NCBI GenBank assembly: GCA_964616985.1
Contig: CAZTVF010000005.1
Coordinates: 6,771 to 70,770, forward strand
Length of the DNA: 64,000 bases
Direction of reading: 5' to 3'
From: an uncultured Planctomycetaceae bacterium
GTDB lineage: Bacteria; Planctomycetota; Phycisphaerae; SM23-33
Part shown: piece by piece, positions 45,581 through 54,230 of the stretch
How positions within the stretch are numbered: the stretch's first letter is position 1
How the letters are laid out: every line of letters begins with the position of its first letter
Position numbers and translations under genes: made by a program
The notes under the pieces: generated by a model
The model's input: only the letters and a program-made list of their open reading frames with translations
What the model was told of the DNA's origin: nothing
The model's database searches: none

Positions 45581-47092
45581 ATGATCAAGAATACATTTCT
45601 GCGGAGCTACGCACTGTCGCTGGTGCTGATCGGGGCCATCGTGGTCGGGTCGCTCGTGGGCCTCGTGTTTCCGACCGCCACGACAAACTTCCCCATCCAG
45701 TGGCACGACACGTCCTTCAACACGTGGCTGCTCACCAGCGTCATCAAGCCGTTTGGCGACGTCTTCCTCAACGCATTGTTCACCGTGGTCGTGCCGCTGG
45801 TGTTCTTCTCGATCTCCTCGGCTGTCGCGGGCATGGTGAGCACGAAGCGGCTGTTTCGCATCCTGGGCTGGATGATGGTCGTCTTCATCATCACCGGCGT
45901 GATCGCATCGCTGCTGATGGTGGCCGGGGTGAAGCTGTTCCCGCCGGCCGAGGGCGTGCACCTGACGGTGCAGGCGGGGGCGGCCGTGCAGAAGATGAGC
46001 ACATCCGACCAGATCGTCAGCGCCGTCAGCACGTCGGACTTTGTGAACCTGCTGTCGAAGAGAAACATGCTCGCCCTGATCGTCTTCGCGGTGCTGGTGG
46101 GGCTGGCCGCATCGGCGGCGGGCGAGAAGGGAAGGCCCTTCGCGAACTTCCTCGCCTCCGGCAGCGAGGTGTTCATGAAGGTGATCTCGCTGATCATGTA
46201 CTACGCGCCGCTGGGGCTGGCGGCGTACTTCGCGTACCTGGTGGGGGTGTTCGGGCCGGACCTGCTGACGGACTACGCGCGGGCCATGGCGCTATACTAC
46301 CCGCTGTGCATCGCGTACTTCTTCATCGCCTTCACGCTGTATTCCGGCCTGGCCGGCGGGGGCTTGGGCGTGCGGAGGTTCTGGGGCAACATCGTGCCGG
46401 CATCGCTGACGGCGATGGGCACCGGCAGCAGTTTCGCCACGATCCCGGTGAGCCTTCAGGCGGCCGACCGCATCGGCACGCCCCGCGAGGTGAGCGAGGT
46501 GGTGATCCCCATCGGCGCGACGATCCACATGGACGGCTCGTGCCTGGCGGCGGTGCTGAAGATCGCCTTCCTCTTCGGCATCTACCAGATGCCTTTTCAG
46601 GGCTTCGAGACGATCGCCATCGCGGTGGGCATCGCGATCCTCAGCGGCACGGTGATGAGCGGCATCCCGCAGGGCGGTTTCACGGGCGAGATCCTGATCG
46701 TGGCGATGTACGGCTTCCCGCCCGAGGCGCTGCCGATCATCTCGATGATCGGCACGCTGGTGGATCCGCCGGCCACGATGGTCAACGCCGTCGGCGACAA
46801 CGTCGCCAGCATGCTTGTCGCCCGCCTCATGGGCGGCAAGGGGTGGATGCAGGCCGGCAATGCGCCCCAGGCCGATGCGAACGTGTGCTGCGTCCGGGCC
46901 GCCGCGAATGACGAAGAAGCAGCGAACAGCAGAACCGCAGAACAAGGAATGTCGAATACTGAAGTGAACGGCAACGCGCCTCAGGCCGATGCGAACGTGT
47001 GCTGCGTCCGGGCCGTCGCGAATGGCGAAGAAGCAGCGAACAGCAGAACCGCAGAACAAGGAATGTCGAATGCTGAAGTGAAAGACAAATAG
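45581..47092 (+). CDS. dicarboxylate/amino acid:cation symporter (DAACS; SstT/GltP-like) with a repeat-derived C-terminal tail
   Basis: It has a polytopic profile and DAACS motifs (...SSFATIPVSL..., ...GATIHMDGSCL...). The start is MIKNTF by codon counting. The last ~80 aa are encoded by two tandem copies of a dispersed element. Confidence 0.65.
   Translation: MIKNTFLRSYALSLVLIGAIVVGSLVGLVFPTATTNFPIQWHDTSFNTWLLTSVIKPFGDVFLNALFTVVVPLVFFSISSAVAGMVSTKRLFRILGWMMVVFIITGVIASLLMVAGVKLFPPAEGVHLTVQAGAAVQKMSTSDQIVSAVSTSDFVNLLSKRNMLALIVFAVLVGLAASAAGEKGRPFANFLASGSEVFMKVISLIMYYAPLGLAAYFAYLVGVFGPDLLTDYARAMALYYPLCIAYFFIAFTLYSGLAGGGLGVRRFWGNIVPASLTAMGTGSSFATIPVSLQAADRIGTPREVSEVVIPIGATIHMDGSCLAAVLKIAFLFGIYQMPFQGFETIAIAVGIAILSGTVMSGIPQGGFTGEILIVAMYGFPPEALPIISMIGTLVDPPATMVNAVGDNVASMLVARLMGGKGWMQAGNAPQADANVCCVRAAANDEEAANSRTAEQGMSNTEVNGNAPQADANVCCVRAVANGEEAANSRTAEQGMSNAEVKDK
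46850..47090 (+). repeat. tandem duplication (about 114 bp x2) of a dispersed element, in-frame with the transporter 3' end
   Basis: Units starting GCGCC(C/T)CAGGCCGATGCGAACGTGTGCTGCGTCCGGGCC... are about 95% identical. Each ends with the ~60-bp core also found at 15745-15805. Confidence 0.6.
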
Positions 47093-47252
47093 ATTGAAGA
47101 ACCAAACTTGTCTGGGGGTGCGAAGGCGTCACCGGGTCAATTCTCGTCTGGCGGCAAATGGAACCCGGCGGCCGGGGCGGCATATCCATCGTCCTTTATG
47201 TCCCGTCTGTGCCGCCCGAAACTCGTTTGGGAGTGCGAGCCGCATTCCAAGC

Positions 47253-47370
47253 GAGCATGCCGGCGCGGGTACGCTTCGGTATGGCACCGGCGAGCATGCC
47301 GGCGCGAATACGCTTCGGCATGGCACCGGCGAGCATATCCGGCGCGAGTACGCTTCGGCATGGCACCCAT
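47253..47370. repeat. three tandem copies of a 37-bp hairpin unit (GGCACCGGCGAGCATGCCGGCGCGRRTACGCTTCGGCAT)
   Basis: This is a direct triplication with a few substitutions. Each unit contains the inverted repeat CATGCCG...CGGCATG. A single copy lies at 23455-23500. Confidence 0.6.
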
Positions 47371-47380
47371 CGCCGGGCGA

Positions 47381-48025
47381 TCAGAAGATGTCCGTGGCCC
47401 CCAGCTGCTGCGCGAGCTTTTCGATGGCCTGCCGCAGGAGCTTGACCTCGTCCTCGAGCTTGTCCACCCGTTCGGCCACCGCAGGGTCGGGCGGGGCGGC
47501 CTCGGTGGGCGCAGGGGCACTTGACGATTCCAGCGGGTGAAGTTCGGGGCACAGAAGCTGCGCGTACCGCGTGGCCCGGCCGCCCGCGACGGGCCTGACC
47601 AGCGGCTCGGGGCGGTCCATCATGTGGGCCAGCGTGTTCTGCACCACCTCCAGCGATTCCAGCGGGTGCATCCGCGACGCGCGGCCGCGAAGCTCGCCCA
47701 CCGTCTGCGGACCGCGAAGGAGCATCTCCGTCAGGATCACCAGCTCGGTCACCCCGACGCCCAGCGACTCATTCGCACTGTGCTTGTACTTCATCACGCG
47801 GCTGCCGAGGGTGTCGGCGTAGATGACCAGCTTCTTGTCCCGCAGGCCGTCCAGGGCCCGCACGACACGGTCCTCATCGATCGTGATCATCGGATCGCGA
47901 TTGCTCTTCTGGTTGCAGCCATTGATGATCGCGTTGAGCGACATGGGGTACTGTCCCGGCGTGGTCAGTTCCTTCTCCACCAACACACCCAGCACACGGC
48001 ACTCATCCGGGGTCAACTGAATCAT
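47381..48025 (-). CDS. YceH/DUF480 (UPF0502) family protein
   Basis: MIQLTPDECRVLGVLVEKELTTPGQYPMSLNAIINGCNQKSNRDPMI is the characteristic N-terminus. The start was set at the second Met of the track ORF. Confidence 0.65.
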   Translation of the reverse strand: MIQLTPDECRVLGVLVEKELTTPGQYPMSLNAIINGCNQKSNRDPMITIDEDRVVRALDGLRDKKLVIYADTLGSRVMKYKHSANESLGVGVTELVILTEMLLRGPQTVGELRGRASRMHPLESLEVVQNTLAHMMDRPEPLVRPVAGGRATRYAQLLCPELHPLESSSAPAPTEAAPPDPAVAERVDKLEDEVKLLRQAIEKLAQQLGATDIF

Positions 48026-48090
48026 TCCTGCCTCCGGTTGGTTTATACGATCTGTTGCGGCGAATGACACACGAATCCGCAAGGCGGCCG

Positions 48091-50109
48091 CTACTTCGCC
48101 GGCGCCCATCCCGGCAGCGAGACATTTCCACGTCGAATGGGGGCGTAGACCCGCGAGGCCGCGGTTTTCATCGGCCCCGGCGTCAGGATGTTGACCACCC
48201 GGCCGGATTGGAGCACGATCTCGTCGCGGGGGTCGCCGGTGAGGTCCTGCACCATCGCCATCGCGCCGTTGGCACGGTTAGGGCAGGGCACGTCGAACTT
48301 CACCAGCTTGCGTCCGGTTGCATCGTAGAGTCCCAGGGCATCCTGCGAGCCCATCAGCAGGATATGCTCCCACCCGTCGCCGGTCCAGTTGACGGGGCAA
48401 TGCATCGCGCCGAGGTAGTCGCACTGCAGCGTGCCCAGGCGTTTGCCGGTGGCCGAGAAGACGGCCATGTAGCCGTACGTGCCCCAGCGGCTGTTGGTGA
48501 GCACCTGCAGGCCGTCGTGATCCTCGAGCAGCCGGCCCACCTGGCACCACTGCACGTGCCCCAGGCGGTGGATGGCGAGCGTGCGGCCGGTGCGGGCGTC
48601 GACGACGGCGTTGCCGTTGCAGCCGAGCTGCAGGTGCGCGACGGGGCCGATCTCGCTGTCGGCGTCGAAGAACCCCATGGCGACGGAATCCACGTGGTCG
48701 GGCCGGTGATAGTGCCCGGGCTGGTAGAGAAGGTCCGCATCCTCCCACTGCCAGATCACCTTGCCGTCGTGCGACAGCAGCGTGGGCCCGGCGAGGACCT
48801 CCTCGCGGCCGTCGCCGTTGACGTCGCAGAAGGCGAAGCTTCGCGAGTGCCCGAACGGCGGCAGGATCCGCTTCTCCCACAGGATGTCCAGTTTGCGCGA
48901 GACGGCCCAGCAGCGAAAGCCCGCGCCGCCGCTGGTGGGCAGTTCCTCGCGGAGGAAGAACTCGCCGGCCAGGGGCGCCCCCGAGAGGTTGGCGACGCAC
49001 TCGCCCACCGGCACGACGATGGCCTTGGGGTCATCCGACGCGGGCGTCTTGAGGCGGCGGACGATGCGGCCGGTGGGGCCATCGACCAGCACGTGCTCGT
49101 CGCCCAGGCGGCCGAAGATGTCGTTGAGGCCGTCGGCGCGCGGCGCGGCGATACAGGAGGTCAATTCGCCGGCGAGCCGCCAGATCTCGCGGCCGCGAAG
49201 GTCCATGCACAGGGTCGCGCCCGCGCCGCCGGCCTCGCTGCCGGAGCCGATCAACTGGGCCTCGTCGCGCCGGGCCAGGCGGGCGGCGAAGGTGACGGCG
49301 GCGATGGGCTCGGCCAGGGTGAAAGTCGAATGCACGACGGGCTCGGGCATGCGCTGCGCCATGGCCGCGCGGCGGTCTTCCTCCCGGGCCTGCTGGGCAG
49401 CGAAACGTCGCACCGCGGGGCCGTCGGCGCGGATCACGAGCTGGTCGACGTACGCCGCGGCGTTGGTCCGCACGCCCGCCAGGCCGCGTTCGAAGCGGTC
49501 GTCGGTGACGGCAAAGACGCGCCGGCCGTCGAGGCTGGCCTCGAGGCGGTCGCCTCGGCAGGAGAGTTCGAGGCAGTACCAGGCGCCCATTTCGGGCTTG
49601 ATGCAGGTGGAGGCGAGTTCGAGCCACTCGTCGTCGCTGCGGCGGATGAGGGCGAGCTTGCCGTCGGCCTGGATGCACAGGAAGTAGTACTGGCGGACGT
49701 TGAGCATGCGGGCGACGATGCCGACGGCGGCGATGCGGTTGTCGACGCGGTCCTCCAGCGGTCGCGTGCGGTCCGACAGCAGCGCGACCCGCGCGCGGAC
49801 GATGCAGTCGGGCGGCACGGGTTGACGAGTCACCAGCGAGCGGTCGAATCGCGTGCCGTCCCAGCCCGCGCGGGCGTCAGCCTCCAGGTCGAAGTGCAGC
49901 ACGGGGCGGTTGCTGTGCCCGTGCAGCACGGGGCCCTGCGGAAGGTGCGCCACCTTCATGAGGCTGTAGTGCTTCCAGTATGCCGGCGGCACGGTGGGGG
50001 CAACCCATTCCGTGAAGCAGGCGTCAACGTCGGCGCTGGGCTCCATCGGGTTCAGCACCCAGCCCTGGGGGCAGTTGTCCAGGCGAAGCTCGAGGTGACA
50101 CTGATTCAT
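48091..50109 (-). CDS. LamG-like (concanavalin-type) domain plus FG-GAP/VCBS repeat protein
   Basis: FG-GAP-like repeats are present (FCDVNGDGREEV, FFDADSEIG, LTGDPRDEIVL). The N-terminal jelly-roll-like segment reads YYFLCIQADGKLALIRR...LSCRGDRLEASLDGRRVF. The start is uncertain (50109 or 50130). Confidence 0.45.
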   Translation of the reverse strand: MNQCHLELRLDNCPQGWVLNPMEPSADVDACFTEWVAPTVPPAYWKHYSLMKVAHLPQGPVLHGHSNRPVLHFDLEADARAGWDGTRFDRSLVTRQPVPPDCIVRARVALLSDRTRPLEDRVDNRIAAVGIVARMLNVRQYYFLCIQADGKLALIRRSDDEWLELASTCIKPEMGAWYCLELSCRGDRLEASLDGRRVFAVTDDRFERGLAGVRTNAAAYVDQLVIRADGPAVRRFAAQQAREEDRRAAMAQRMPEPVVHSTFTLAEPIAAVTFAARLARRDEAQLIGSGSEAGGAGATLCMDLRGREIWRLAGELTSCIAAPRADGLNDIFGRLGDEHVLVDGPTGRIVRRLKTPASDDPKAIVVPVGECVANLSGAPLAGEFFLREELPTSGGAGFRCWAVSRKLDILWEKRILPPFGHSRSFAFCDVNGDGREEVLAGPTLLSHDGKVIWQWEDADLLYQPGHYHRPDHVDSVAMGFFDADSEIGPVAHLQLGCNGNAVVDARTGRTLAIHRLGHVQWCQVGRLLEDHDGLQVLTNSRWGTYGYMAVFSATGKRLGTLQCDYLGAMHCPVNWTGDGWEHILLMGSQDALGLYDATGRKLVKFDVPCPNRANGAMAMVQDLTGDPRDEIVLQSGRVVNILTPGPMKTAASRVYAPIRRGNVSLPGWAPAK

Positions 50110-50310
50110 GCCAAACCTTTCCTGAGTCATGCGACTACGGGCTCCCGCGGGAGCTCGGATCGCCGCAGTGGCGGCTGCACGGCCTATAGTTCTGAAAGGC
50201 AAGAGGGCCGGCGTCGAATCTATGATGCTCGCGGGCGTGGGTCAACGCATTTTGATTTGCCGCCACGCGCGCCGCGGACGATAATCTCGCACCAATCGAA
50301 AGGATCACCC

Positions 50311-50577
50311 ATGACCAAAGAGAAGCACACAATCCTCGGCGTCCACATCACCGACCGTCTCAAGGAAGCCGTCGAGGTGCAGAAGCTGCTGACCGAGTAC
50401 GGCGACCAGATCAAGATGCGCCTGGGCCTGCACGAGGTGGGCAAGGGCGTTCAGCGCAACGGCCTGCTGCTGCTGGAGATGATCGAGCCCGACCTTCGTA
50501 TCCAGGAACTCTGCGACAAGCTCAACGCCATCGAGGGCGTCGAAGTCCAGTCGATGGTCTTCTACCACCAGGCGTAG
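50311..50577 (+). CDS. TM1266-like small ACT/RHH-fold regulatory protein (the family annotated as putative iron-only hydrogenase system regulator)
   Basis: Over its whole 88-aa length it follows the TM1266 pattern as recalled from memory (ILtIvVeDR..A..V..LL......I..RlG.......ngLLLLEM.......I.eL..KL..IeGVeV). It has the RBS AAAGGA. Confidence 0.5.
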   Translation: MTKEKHTILGVHITDRLKEAVEVQKLLTEYGDQIKMRLGLHEVGKGVQRNGLLLLEMIEPDLRIQELCDKLNAIEGVEVQSMVFYHQA

Positions 50578-50597
50578 AACCGCATGATGCTTGATGG

Positions 50598-50668
50598 GGT
50601 GACGGCCTTCCCAGGCCGCCGCCGGGCGGTCTGTTGGTGGCAGCCTGGGAAGGCCGCCTCCCTGGCCG
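50598..50668. repeat. REP family 1 copy plus an inverted degenerate copy
   Basis: GGTGACGGCCTTCCCAGGCCGCCGCC ... GCAGCCTGGGAAGGCCGCC. Confidence 0.5.
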
Positions 50669-50672
50669 CGAG

Positions 50673-51512
50673 TTATCGCACGATCCCCAGCTCCCTCAGC
50701 AGCCGGGGCTGCACGGGCAGCTGGGCCAGCAGGGCGAGCAGTCGCTGCCGCGCGGGCGGGAAAGAGCCCCCGATGCGGCGGGCGAGGATGAGCTCGTTCT
50801 TGAGGCTGTGTTCCCAGCCGACCAGTTCGGTCACGGTCACCTGGTAGCCCGAGGCCTCCAGCGTCAGGGCCCGCAGCACGTTGGTAAGGTGGCTGCCGAA
50901 CTCGCGCCGGTGGATCGGGTGCGCGTACAGCTCCGCCAGCGGACCTTCCTTGAGTTTCGCCAGCTGCTGGGCCACCTCTGCCTGGCAGCAGGGCACGACG
51001 GCGATATAGTCGGCCTTGGCCCGCAGGCCCTGCAGCAGGGCGTCGTCGGTGGCCGTGTCGCACGCGTGCAGCGCCACCAGCATGTGCACACGCTCGGGCA
51101 GCGGCGCTTCCGCCGCCAGCGCCCGCTGGCATCGCAGCCGCCCGAACCCCAGTCTTGTCGCCAGGGCGTTCGCCTGCTCCACCAGTTCCGGCCGCGACTC
51201 GACGCCGATGATTCGCCCGGTGGCGTGCTGGCGGAGGTAGAGGTCGTACAGCAGGAAGCCCAGGTAGGACTTTCCCGAGCCCACGTCGACGATGGCGGGG
51301 TCGGGGAAGCGTTTGAAGATGTCGTCCAGCGCCGGCCGCAGCAGCGTGATGAGGTGGTTCACCTGCTTGAGCTTGCGGCGGGCGTCGGCGTTGAGGTCGC
51401 CGGCCGGGGTGAGCAGGTGCAGTTGCTGCAGCAGCTCTCGCGACTGCGACGGCAGCAGCTCCTGCTCCACCTGCGGTGCGGGGACGGCGGCGCGTGGTTT
51501 CTTTGTGGGCAT
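50673..51512 (-). CDS. class I SAM-dependent methyltransferase (putative)
   Basis: It has a motif-I-like IVDVGSGKSYLG and an acidic motif-II region, 279 aa. It lies 16 bp downstream of the B12-rSAM gene on the same strand. Confidence 0.45.
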   Translation of the reverse strand: MPTKKPRAAVPAPQVEQELLPSQSRELLQQLHLLTPAGDLNADARRKLKQVNHLITLLRPALDDIFKRFPDPAIVDVGSGKSYLGFLLYDLYLRQHATGRIIGVESRPELVEQANALATRLGFGRLRCQRALAAEAPLPERVHMLVALHACDTATDDALLQGLRAKADYIAVVPCCQAEVAQQLAKLKEGPLAELYAHPIHRREFGSHLTNVLRALTLEASGYQVTVTELVGWEHSLKNELILARRIGGSFPPARQRLLALLAQLPVQPRLLRELGIVR

Positions 51513-51528
51513 GCCTTGAGTATACCGT

Positions 51529-53100
51529 TCAGTCGGCCCTGGTGGCGAGGTCCTCAGGGGCGACGCGGGGCGAGGTGGCGGCGCACTCGGGTTTGTCGCT
51601 TGTGGCGTTAGGGGGCGTGTCGGCGCCCTCGGGGTAGGGATAGAAGCCGAACTCTCGAAGAAGCTCCAGCTTGGGCAGAACGTTATTCGCCAGGTCCACG
51701 TGGAAGAAGCCCGGGAAGATGTCGGGGTTGTCCATGATCAGCTGGAAATACTCGCGGTGGCGGGGCGGGATCTCAATCTCGCCGCCGCGCGAGACCTCGT
51801 GCCCGGTGAACACGAACTCCGGCAGCAGCCACGGGCAGAACTCCAACTTCACGCGGCCGGCCCAGTCGCGGTAGACCTGCGTCTGCGGCAGCAGGCTCAG
51901 CAGGCTGGGCAGGATGCGGGCGCCCATCATGCGGAAGGCGATCATCTGGAACAGCGACTGGCGGAAATCGTCGATCGTCTCAAATGGGAAACCCCACACG
52001 AAGAACGTGTCCACCCGCGGGAACAGCGGCACGGCCTTGGGCACGATCTCGAGGCTCTGGGCCGACGTGAAGCCCTTGCGGATCTCGGCCAGCACCTTGT
52101 CGCTGCCCGACTCGATGCCGAACCGCATCTCCATGCAGCCGCACTGCGACATCGCCCGCATCATCTCTTCGTCCATGAGATTCACGCGGCCGAACGCCTT
52201 CCACCGCAGGGGCAGGTTCGTGGCGGCGAGTTCGCGGCAGAACTCCATCACGTGCCGTTTGCCCGAGACGAAGAATTCATCCTGGAAGAGGAACAGGTCC
52301 ACGCCCGCCTGCTCGTGCAGATGTTTCATCTCGGCGACGATGTTGGCGGGGGAGCGGGAGTGGCTTTCGAGATTCCACACCGGGGCGACCGAGCAGAAGG
52401 TGCAGGGGTACGGGCAACCGCGGCTGGTCATCATGCCGTAGCCGGCGTATCGCTTGATGTCGATCTTGTGCCACGCCGGGAAGCCGATGGCGTCGAGGTC
52501 GGTGATCCGCGGGCGGTCGGGATTGTGAATGACCTCGCCGCCGGCGGTACGGTAGGAAATGCCGCGAACGCCGCCGAGGTCGCCGCCGGCCTGGATCGTC
52601 CGCAGCAGATCGATGCCGGTAAGCTCGCCCTCGCCGCGGCAGATGACGTCGATCCAGGGGAATCGCTGGAGGATCTGGGCTTCGACGGCCTTGGAGCCCA
52701 CGCCGCCCAGCACGAGGATGCGATCGGGGTAGCGCTGGCGGAGGGCCTTGGCGGCCAGGATGGTGAACGGCAGCAGATTGGCCATGCACGACAGGCCGAT
52801 CACGCGTGCCGGATTCGACAGGAAAGAGAGGAAGACCTGCATGTCGAACGGTTCGTCGCTGTCTACGACCTGGTAATCGCGGAAGTCGACCTCCAGCCCG
52901 GCGTCCTCCATCGCCCTGGTCAGGTACAGGCAGCCCAGCGGCACGTGTAGCTCCCGCTCGATCTCCTGGCCGTAACGCATGAACAACATATTGAGGTTGA
53001 TTAACGTGATATCGGCCACTCGATGAACTCCTGGCGTCCCGGCGGGGGCTAATCCGCGCGACGCCACCGATTCTACCGCGTTGCGGTGCTGAAAGACCAC
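51529..53100 (-). CDS. B12-binding domain radical SAM protein (class B radical SAM, likely methylase)
   Basis: It has an N-terminal cobalamin-binding-like Rossmann segment (ITLINLNMLF...VIGLSCMANLL...ILVLGG) and the radical SAM core MMTSRGCPYPCTFCSV (CxxxCxxC). An alternative GTG start lies near 53020. Confidence 0.7.
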   Translation of the reverse strand: MVFQHRNAVESVASRGLAPAGTPGVHRVADITLINLNMLFMRYGQEIERELHVPLGCLYLTRAMEDAGLEVDFRDYQVVDSDEPFDMQVFLSFLSNPARVIGLSCMANLLPFTILAAKALRQRYPDRILVLGGVGSKAVEAQILQRFPWIDVICRGEGELTGIDLLRTIQAGGDLGGVRGISYRTAGGEVIHNPDRPRITDLDAIGFPAWHKIDIKRYAGYGMMTSRGCPYPCTFCSVAPVWNLESHSRSPANIVAEMKHLHEQAGVDLFLFQDEFFVSGKRHVMEFCRELAATNLPLRWKAFGRVNLMDEEMMRAMSQCGCMEMRFGIESGSDKVLAEIRKGFTSAQSLEIVPKAVPLFPRVDTFFVWGFPFETIDDFRQSLFQMIAFRMMGARILPSLLSLLPQTQVYRDWAGRVKLEFCPWLLPEFVFTGHEVSRGGEIEIPPRHREYFQLIMDNPDIFPGFFHVDLANNVLPKLELLREFGFYPYPEGADTPPNATSDKPECAATSPRVAPEDLATRAD

Positions 53101-53273
53101 TCTTCAGTAGACGCTCGATTGCCCGGAAGGATTCCCCGCCGGCCCCAAACTTCGCCACGCGTGTTCCTGAAGTACGACAGATTGTTCGGATTGTGCCCTA
53201 GCCGCGCCACGATGTATCGCATATCGTGATGGCGGTGGCGAGTGATCGAAATGACGAGTGATTGGATTGCATT

Positions 53274-54218
53274 ATGATCGATGAAGTTCCCCGCGGCGTC
53301 TGGCCGGTCATGCTGACGCCATTTCGGGATGACGGAAGCGTGGACTGGCCCGGCGTGGATGCCCTCACCGACTGGTACATCGCCAGCGGCGTCGCGGGGC
53401 TGTTCGCCGTCTGCCTGTCCAGCGAGATGTACCACCTGTCGCCGCAGGAGCGAGTGCAACTGGCGGCCCGTGTCGTCCAGCGATCGGCCGGTCGCGTGCC
53501 GGTCGTTGCCGCGGGCGCCTTTGGGGACTCGCTGGAGCAACAGGCCGCGGCGGCCCGGAGGATCGCCGATACCGGCGTGGCGGCCGTGGTGCTCACTGCC
53601 AACCAGCTGGCGGCCGAAACGGGATCGGATGCCGCCTGGCAGGAGAACGCCGAGGCGATGCTCGATGCCTGTCCATTGATCCCGCTGGGGCTGTACGAGT
53701 GCCCCGTGCCCTATCATCGCACGCTGAGCGCGGAATTGACCGGCTGGGCCGCACAAACCGGGCGGTTCCTGTTCTTGAAGGACACCTGCTGCCGGCGCGA
53801 CCAGCTCGAGGCAAAACTGAAGCGGCTGGACGGTTCGCCGCTGCGTTCGTACAACGCTCACTGCCCGACGTTGCTGCATTCGCTCTGCACGGGCGGGGCC
53901 GGCTACAGCGGCATCGCGGCCAACTTCTACCCCGAGCTGTTCGTCCGCCTGTGCGCCCAGTTCGCGGATCGCCCAGCCGAGGCCAGCCGCCTGCAGCGAT
54001 TCCTTACGCTGGCCGACCTGACGATCCGCATGCGGTACCCGGCGTCAGCCAAGCGGTATCTTGGCCTGCTGGGCCTGCCGATCGGCTCGTTCTGCCGCCT
54101 GCCGATGCCCGCGCCCCGCGCCGATGATGATGAGGAAATGATGCTGGCGAACCTGCGGCAAGCCGTTGACGAGATGAAGGACGAGTTGGGGTGTCGCACG
54201 AAGGCCGCGCAGCGATAG
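53274..54218 (+). CDS. dihydrodipicolinate synthase / N-acetylneuraminate lyase family (class I aldolase) protein
   Basis: WPVMLTPFRDDGSVDW...GVAGLFAVCLSSEMYHLSPQER follows the DHDPS/NAL N-terminal pattern. It lies next to sialidase-like genes. Confidence 0.6.
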   Translation: MIDEVPRGVWPVMLTPFRDDGSVDWPGVDALTDWYIASGVAGLFAVCLSSEMYHLSPQERVQLAARVVQRSAGRVPVVAAGAFGDSLEQQAAAARRIADTGVAAVVLTANQLAAETGSDAAWQENAEAMLDACPLIPLGLYECPVPYHRTLSAELTGWAAQTGRFLFLKDTCCRRDQLEAKLKRLDGSPLRSYNAHCPTLLHSLCTGGAGYSGIAANFYPELFVRLCAQFADRPAEASRLQRFLTLADLTIRMRYPASAKRYLGLLGLPIGSFCRLPMPAPRADDDEEMMLANLRQAVDEMKDELGCRTKAAQR

Positions 54219-54230
54219 CGAGGAGAGACC

